Source: Tubiluchus corallicola
Lineage: Eukaryota; Animalia; Priapulida
Assembly: GCA_030141605.1 (NCBI GenBank)
Contig: JAQGDQ010002111.1
Coordinates: 1 to 14,604 of the forward strand
Direction of reading: 5' to 3'
Length of the DNA: 14,604 nucleotides
A program made the position numbers and the translations under genes. Positions within the stretch are counted from its first letter, which is position 1; each line of letters starts with the position of its first letter. Shown here one piece after another: positions 8,605 through 14,604 of this stretch. Below the pieces are notes generated by a model. That model saw only the letters and a program-made list of their open reading frames with translations, searched no databases and had not been told where the DNA came from.

Positions 8605-9457
8605 CAGTCTAGCCTCGTTATCGCACCCCTCGTTATGCCGGCAAACTCGTCTCTCGCCACAGAAAGTACCAGGATGGATTTCCTGCTTTGATATTTACCA
8701 CGTTAAGTCGCCACCCTCGCTTCTCGCCCTCGCCACGTCATGCTAGGATGAGTGCTTATGTAAACTATATTCGTTATGTCGCCAAACAGACAAACTCAGA
8801 GGTGAATCGATCAATACATATACCGCGTGTCGATCAATATAACCGCGGTATGTAGACAATGCTGCTGTACTCGATAGACAGACATAATTAATCTAATGTG
8901 TGTCTCACCAGGATTAGATTAGGAGTGCTGTGGTTGGTTAATGCGCAGAGAAACTAAAGCGTCACCGATATCCTTACTCATAACACCAAAGCTGCGTTTA
9001 AGTTTGAGTTTCCACAAAGTGTGAGCAACTTTACATAAGTCACACGCGACGATATTCAAGGATTGTGTTTGATTAAACGTCGTGTTGAGTGCTTGCGTGT
9101 ATCATCAATGAAGTCGTCTCTTCTGAATTATTTCAGTCGTCAGTAACTCATTTGTGAATATTTCTAAATCTTTTGCTAAGTTTATTGCATTTAAGTCTAT
9201 ACTCGAAAAAGGTGTTTTAAATAAAAAAGTAACATTCTAAGATTATTTTTATGACATTTTTTTCATTTCTGATTTAATGTTGATTGGCATCATAATGCAA
9301 AATATATTTTATATGTACATAGAGCAACACTATGTTAATCAACTATTATGTATATACATATAGACTAACTTCGTTATATTCCCGTTATCTCGCCATACTC
9401 GCCTCTCGCCAAAAATTTGCCCTAGACGGACAGTGGCGAGATAATGAGGCTAGACTG
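8605..9457. mobile_element. pogo/Tigger-like MITE (Tc1/mariner superfamily), 853 bp, TA target duplication
   Basis: TIRs CAGTCTAGCCTC(G/A)TTATC match 17/18, flanked by TA at 8603-8604 and 9458-9459; repeated TCGTTA/TCTCGCCA subterminal words at both ends; no transposase ORF. Confidence 0.9.
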
Positions 9458-9515
9458 TAATGTCTAAATTTCTATGTGCGGTCGAATGCTAATTTATATA
9501 ATTAGCATTTATGCT

Positions 9516-9651
9516 AATTAGGCGACTGATTCTATTAACTGTGAGTGTAATAAATGGCGCCTACTGTACTAGGTTTTGCTGCTTATACTTCGGATCCGAG
9601 GGGATCACAAAAACAGCGAATTCACTAAAAAAATATTCACACTTTCAAATA
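9516..9651 (+). repeat. 136-bp dispersed direct repeat, copy 1
   Basis: Aligns without gaps to 11410-11545 with only scattered substitutions. Confidence 0.92.
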
Positions 9652-9843
9652 AGTGAACTAAAAAAGAAAGAAGGATATTTTTCTAAAACAAACAAGTCCG
9701 TTTATGTAAACTAAAAATTACAAAAATTCACACAAAGTTGTCGATTTATACAGTTTTCGTACTGATAGGAACGATGAAGGTCTGTTGCTGTATGATGCAC
9801 ATATTCTCATAAACACACCGTGGCAAAAATTAATTGATTATAC

Positions 9844-10324
9844 CAGGGGTGTGCAAATTATCTGACTAGCCGGGCCACATTAAACATTCCCGCAATTCCT
9901 GTGGGCCACAGGCAGTTTGATCAAGGAGCCAAGTACAGAAAGGCCTAATAATGATTTTTTTGCATCCGACCTGTGTACATCATTACTACTACACTCAAGA
10001 AACTATTTTAGAAGTTATTAAAATTGATATTACAAACCATATTTTCTACTTTCAGGACAGATAGCGGTAACTTCATTACAATGCATATTAGTAATGTGTA
10101 TCACACAGTCTGTGTAGTTCAGTGACATTAAGCTACAACCGCCTTGTAAGGGTTAATGGCATCCGATCTAGTAGAAAAAACTACCCGCACTATCTTTGGC
10201 ATCGTGGCACGGACTTCAGCTGGATACACTCAATTAATCGCCCGAGCCTCACTTTCATTAGGTTGACAAATCTCTTCGCGGGCTGCACAAATTCTCTCAG
10301 CGGGCCGCAATTTGCACACCCCTG
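9844..10324. mobile_element. hAT (Charlie-type) MITE, 481 bp
   Basis: Perfect 16-bp TIR CAGGGGTGTGCAAATT; 8-bp TSD GATTATAC/GATTAAAC (7/8, nnnTAnnn); subterminal GGGCCAC/GGGCCGC motifs. Confidence 0.92.
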
Positions 10325-10419
10325 GATTAAACTGCTAGGCAAGTGATTAAAAGTTAAGCTTGCTTGCGAAGTCTAAGAGACCTAACCACAACGCAATTAT
10401 TGACGGTCTCTCCTCAACA

Positions 10420-11075
10420 ATTTGCGAAATTTGATGCGTCAACTGTTTCACTATTAAGTGAATTCCAAGGGGCCCACAACACAAGAAGAAATGAGCCCTA
10501 ATATTAGTACGAGAGTACTTTACAAATAATTTAGAATTGTGTCCATGTAAATTACGTAGTGATTTAGAAAAAAATTTGTCACTACGCAAAATAGAACTAC
10601 CACTAATGACTTTATAACAGTTAATAAGATCTATAGTATCACGGCGTTGTTCAAGAGATGATACAGAGTCAGGTTGAATATCAGAGGGCAGACTAATACA
10701 TCTCCAGTGAGTTTTTTTAAAATATTTTTAAGAGCAACATACTGTGACCGCCAAACAACGCACGCATATTCAAGTATTGGCCTAACTACAGCTTTATAAA
10801 GAGATACAATAACTTTTGCACTACGTGATAAAATACAGCATTTTGTCATTCCATTGCATCTATTGACCTGAGAAATAAGATGCTCAATATGTGAATTCCA
10901 CTTCAGATTGTTTGTGAATACACCTAAATCACGTACAACTGATTTTTCTTCATTAACACCATCTCTCAGACAATAAGCTATTTCAGAATTAGAACGAATA
11001 CGAAGTGCGCAGTATTGAGAAGGGTCATCAAAGAATTGGGACCAGTTATTTAAGCATTTGAGATTTGTTATTGTG
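10420..11075 (-). mobile_element. Decayed CR1/L2-type LINE ORF2 3' fragment (RT thumb and C-terminus), frameshifted
   Basis: RDLGV...LKWNSHI...LYKAVVRPILEYACVVW, then after frameshifts SLEQRRDTIDLINCYK, HGHNSKL...RAHFF and VVGPWNSL; all are typical CR1-like C-terminal motifs. Confidence 0.88.
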
Positions 11076-11409
11076 GAGCTTCCAGAAATTCTTGGGCAAT
11101 GAGAAAAATGAGGTAATTTCACTAAACAAGTGGGTGACAGATTCAAAGTGAAACCGTTATGCTAGGATATCAGTGCAAGAGAAACGTAAAAACAAAACGG
11201 TACTTAACATGATTGTTTCCGCGTATATTATAGTGCACAAAGGCTAACAAACGACAGAGAAGTAGCAAAAGCTCATTGGAAACACACAAATGCCTTAATT
11301 AAGCACGTAAAGCAAAAATATTGAGATTATGAAGAATTACTTGCGTTAATTTCCCACAGATTTCATATACACCTGAATAGAAGCGGTTTGTACCAAACGT
11401 TTTGAAGTC

Positions 11410-11545
11410 AATTAGGCGACTAATTCTATTAACTGTGAGTGTAATAAATGGCGCCTACTGTACTAGGTTTTGCTACTTATGCTTCGGATCCACGGGGATC
11501 ACAAAACCCGTGAATTCACTAACAAAATATTCACACTTTCAAATA
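11410..11545 (+). repeat. 136-bp dispersed direct repeat, copy 2
   Basis: See 9516-9651. Confidence 0.92.
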
Positions 11546-12299
11546 CCAGTGCGATACATTTCGTTTTAGTTTATAAAATACGTAACGTAACAAATCCGTG
11601 GAAATGAAATTCATGGTTAAAGCATTTTTATAATTACGCCAAATTTACAACTTCTGCTAACTTTAATGGTCGACTTTATACAGTTAATTTACCAGCCACA
11701 ACTACCCGCTTGGTGAATATTGATTGCTGCGAAATCCTCTGATTTTCGCTTTTCCTTGCGGCCAGCGTCTTGTTGAAGTGCTAGAGGTCATGGATACAGG
11801 CGACTGTGCAATGTGCACGTCGTACAATGTGTGGTTTACGCAATGTGTATCACCTTTTATAATTATAGTCCACTGTAATATTTAAACAATGAATGTAGTA
11901 GGGTCTGTGTAATGGAAAAATAACCGGTAATGTGTGATTTGGGACAAGGGTATTCATCAGAAAGCAAAAGAATTGTACTAATAATTGGTTGTTTACCTTT
12001 CGGATTGTTTGTAGTTGATAATAGTAGCTGCAGCTGCAAAAAAATTTAAACAATGACCTGCAATATTTACAAGTTCTTATATTGCACTGCAACCAGATTA
12101 CACTATTCTTTGCTCAAAATGAACACGCCCAAGTGTAAATTAAATGGTTGCCACTTTAAACTTTGTTCACTAATTACGCAAAGCCTGTATCTCAATTTTA
12201 TTGCTGAAACTCTTATAATTTGCAAAGTATAAACTAAAATTTACGCTTTCCTTTAACACTCTAAATGCTGATCAAATACAATCAGTACTTCACTATGCC

Positions 12300-12316
12300 T
12301 TTTTGAACACCCTGTA
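12300..12316. mobile_element. Solo mariner-like TIR end
   Basis: TTTTTGAACACCCTG+TA is the reverse complement of TA+CAGGGTGTTCAAAAA, a typical mariner-type terminus; partner not found. Confidence 0.45.
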
Positions 12317-12334
12317 CATGGGCATGAGAACATT

Positions 12335-12337
<3 letters not shown>

Positions 12338-12380
<43 letters not shown>

Positions 12381-12400
12381 GATGAATATATATATATATA
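12338..12400. repeat. Interrupted (AT)n microsatellite
   Basis: Directly visible. Confidence 0.95.
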
Positions 12401-12773
12401 CAGAAATGATTGTAAATGTGTATTCTGACTTAGCTTATTAATGTTCTGAAGTCACTGTTAATGTACGTTTTTGACTTGTTTTGGCTTTGACATTTTGACT
12501 TACGTAACTACTTTTCTGAAATCACTGTAAAGGTCTATTTTCACAAGGAAAATTTAATTTCTCACTTGTATGCTTTAAGTAGTCATGTAATCTTATATAA
12601 TAATCCTTTGAATTGTGTTAATGTTTTTCACGATACGTGTAACACCACACTTGTTTGAAGGGCTCGAATGCTAGGCTCCTTTCTCCCCACAGCACTCATT
12701 GCCTTTGAATATTTTGAATTATGATGTTTTATATTTTGTAAATAAGTGATGTGTTGAGAAAATAAACTATTTT

Positions 12774-12839
12774 TCTAATCTAATCTAATGTAATCTAATC
12801 TGATCTAATCTAATCTAATCTAGTCTAATCTTATCTAAT
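12774..12839 (+). repeat. (TCTAA)n pentamer repeat, possibly a LINE/SINE 3' tail
   Basis: About 13 imperfect units, immediately preceded by AATAAA at 12761. Confidence 0.85.
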
Positions 12840-13669
12840 GTGGATTTTTTATTATAAATATTATTCTAATTTGTGCCAAGGCTAAAAAAGTAATAAGTTC
12901 ATTGTTTGGTTGTACAAAATTTGCATAAATTACCATTTACAGGAATAGCTTTTTGTGCCTTAGTCCAGAATAAAATAATTGTAATGTTTACGTATATGAG
13001 AAATGCACAGCTGTAATAAGAAATCGTAAATTGTTTTATTGATTTTCATTTAATCCTGTGTTGGTATCACTGGTTATACACACACGACCGTAGCAAGTTT
13101 CCTAGAAGCTCAGATTTCTTATTACTTTAACTTGGCAGTCAATTATTTCAAAAGATCATTATCACTTTGTATTGTGATTTTTTTCGGATAAAACTAAACT
13201 CTATTTATGTAAGTGCAAGACGCATTCGTCGAAAGATTTAGGATTATATTAAAGAGATCAGGCGACTGCAAATAGTGCAAGTCGAAGTTCCATTGTTACT
13301 CCTGATTAACTTGCCGGCCATTAAGAAATTTCACCTTTTACAAAATATTTGTTAATTTTGTTACAATGAGTATTTGCAGGTAAAAACAGCCAAAGGATCT
13401 ATTAAGAGGAGTTCTTAGGTTTTGTCACATTTTTGTGCTAGGATCATTTTTTGTGTTTTGTTTTAATGAAGCATTTTTCATGAATTACTGGCAGATTTTT
13501 CTCAAGTAGGTAAATTATTTGCCTACTTAAACAAAAACAGCCAACATCTTCAAATAGCTAATAAAATATTCAGTCAGAATAATATTTTATTTATGCAAAT
13601 GCAGGACATAAACTTTTGTGCGCTGATGATATTTGTAAAAAAGTTGTGTATTTCACGTGGTGGTTATAG

Positions 13670-13701
13670 TTATTATTATTATTATTATTAGTTATTATTA
13701 T
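13670..13701. repeat. (TTA)n microsatellite
   Basis: Directly visible. Confidence 0.9.
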
Positions 13702-14477
13702 GAAGTTATTAGTAGCACACATAATTAGTAGAAGAGAGTTAAAATGAAAATTATAGAAAACCCAAGTGATGCTCTATGTACAGGGTTATGTACCGAGTGA
13801 AACTATATAAATATGTATATGCTAAGGAGCGGCTGGCACAAATATCAGGTGCTTACTAATTAGACATAAATCAAACATAATTCAAAATGTCATTCAGGTA
13901 TCAAGATAAGTAAAAAAATTATATTGTTGACATTAGCATAAAAAGCAAAGACATACTGATTATACAAAAGAATATTATTTAATTACACATAAAACTCAAC
14001 TAACTCTTGTATGTACAATTTTTTAAAAGTGGAAAGCAAATTGACATTTTTCAAAACATTTGAAATTGCATTCCACACATATGAACCAATGATATTTAAT
14101 TGAGAATTTCCAAAGGTCTATTCTACATTGAATATAATGAAAATCTAATCTGCTGCGGGTATTTTAGTTATGCAGTTCAGCATTGCAACAAAAATAATTA
14201 CTAAAAAACTTGGTAGTAACATATTGTTGAAAAATTTTAACATGAAAATAGCGACTTGGAATTTGTTGATATCTTAAATATTTAAGACATTTGAGACATT
14301 AAATAATGGCGGAGAGTGACATCTGAAAGCAGCAAAACTTTCAGCTCTAATTGTTTCCGCCTGACCTCAGGAAACTGTGAAAAGGCGCAATGATGATGAT
14401 GTTGTCACATGTGAACATTAACATTGCTGAACTGTGTAAGAATGATAACTGAATTTGCAAAAATTGCATTAGGTATC

Positions 14478-14604
14478 AATGGGTGATACGAGTGAGATGG
14501 GTCAGTAGTTGTTCAACTCATTTGGATCACCTTTTTTATATATGAGGATAATTTTTGTTGGATTGTTCCCAGAGTTTATTGAAAATGACAGGTTTTCTTT
14601 TGGC
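14478..14604 (-). mobile_element. Decayed LINE reverse-transcriptase N-terminal fragment
   Basis: Minus strand reads KIILIYKKGDPNELNNY*PISLVSP, the non-LTR RT motif KKGD....NYRPISL with Arg replaced by TGA at 14502-14504. Confidence 0.8.

Noticed and set aside
9516-11545. LTR retrotransposon or TRIM interpretation of the direct repeats
   Set aside because: No TG...CA termini, PBS, PPT or TSD; the internal RT is non-LTR type and antisense.
11797-13286. Short similarity CAGGCGACTG...GTGCA.GTCG at ~11797 and ~13259
   Set aside because: About 25 bp with indels; too weak to call.
13504-13528. Hairpin AAGTAGGTAAAT-T-ATTTGCCTACTT
   Set aside because: Short, isolated and AT-rich; no supporting context for an ncRNA or terminator.
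14306-14326. ATGGCGGAG start-like context on the plus strand
   Set aside because: Stops after six codons with no splice donor; no gene support.

Overview
This is AT-rich, repeat-dense eukaryotic (metazoan-like, probably invertebrate) genomic DNA, not a prokaryotic region. The left ~8.3 kb holds the first seven coding exons of a minus-strand SUGP1/SF4 (SURP and G-patch domain protein 1) splicing-factor gene. I spliced the exons by hand at GT-AG sites with consistent phases, giving 1102 nt (367 codons + 1 nt). The G-patch exons must lie beyond the left edge. The long ORFs in the supplied track are mostly simple-repeat artefacts. The introns contain a ~600 bp (CT)n tract, a ~44-copy 30-bp minisatellite, hAT/pogo MITE pieces and three homologous purine-pentamer elements. 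One of those elements is inverted, so together with another copy it tightly brackets exons 3-4, a candidate circRNA or exon-skipping architecture. The right ~6.3 kb is intergenic: a pogo/Tigger-like MITE, a Charlie-type hAT MITE, decayed LINE reverse-transcriptase fragments and a 136-bp dispersed duplication. No clearly new protein-coding system is visible. The most interesting leads are splicing-regulatory hypotheses around SUGP1.
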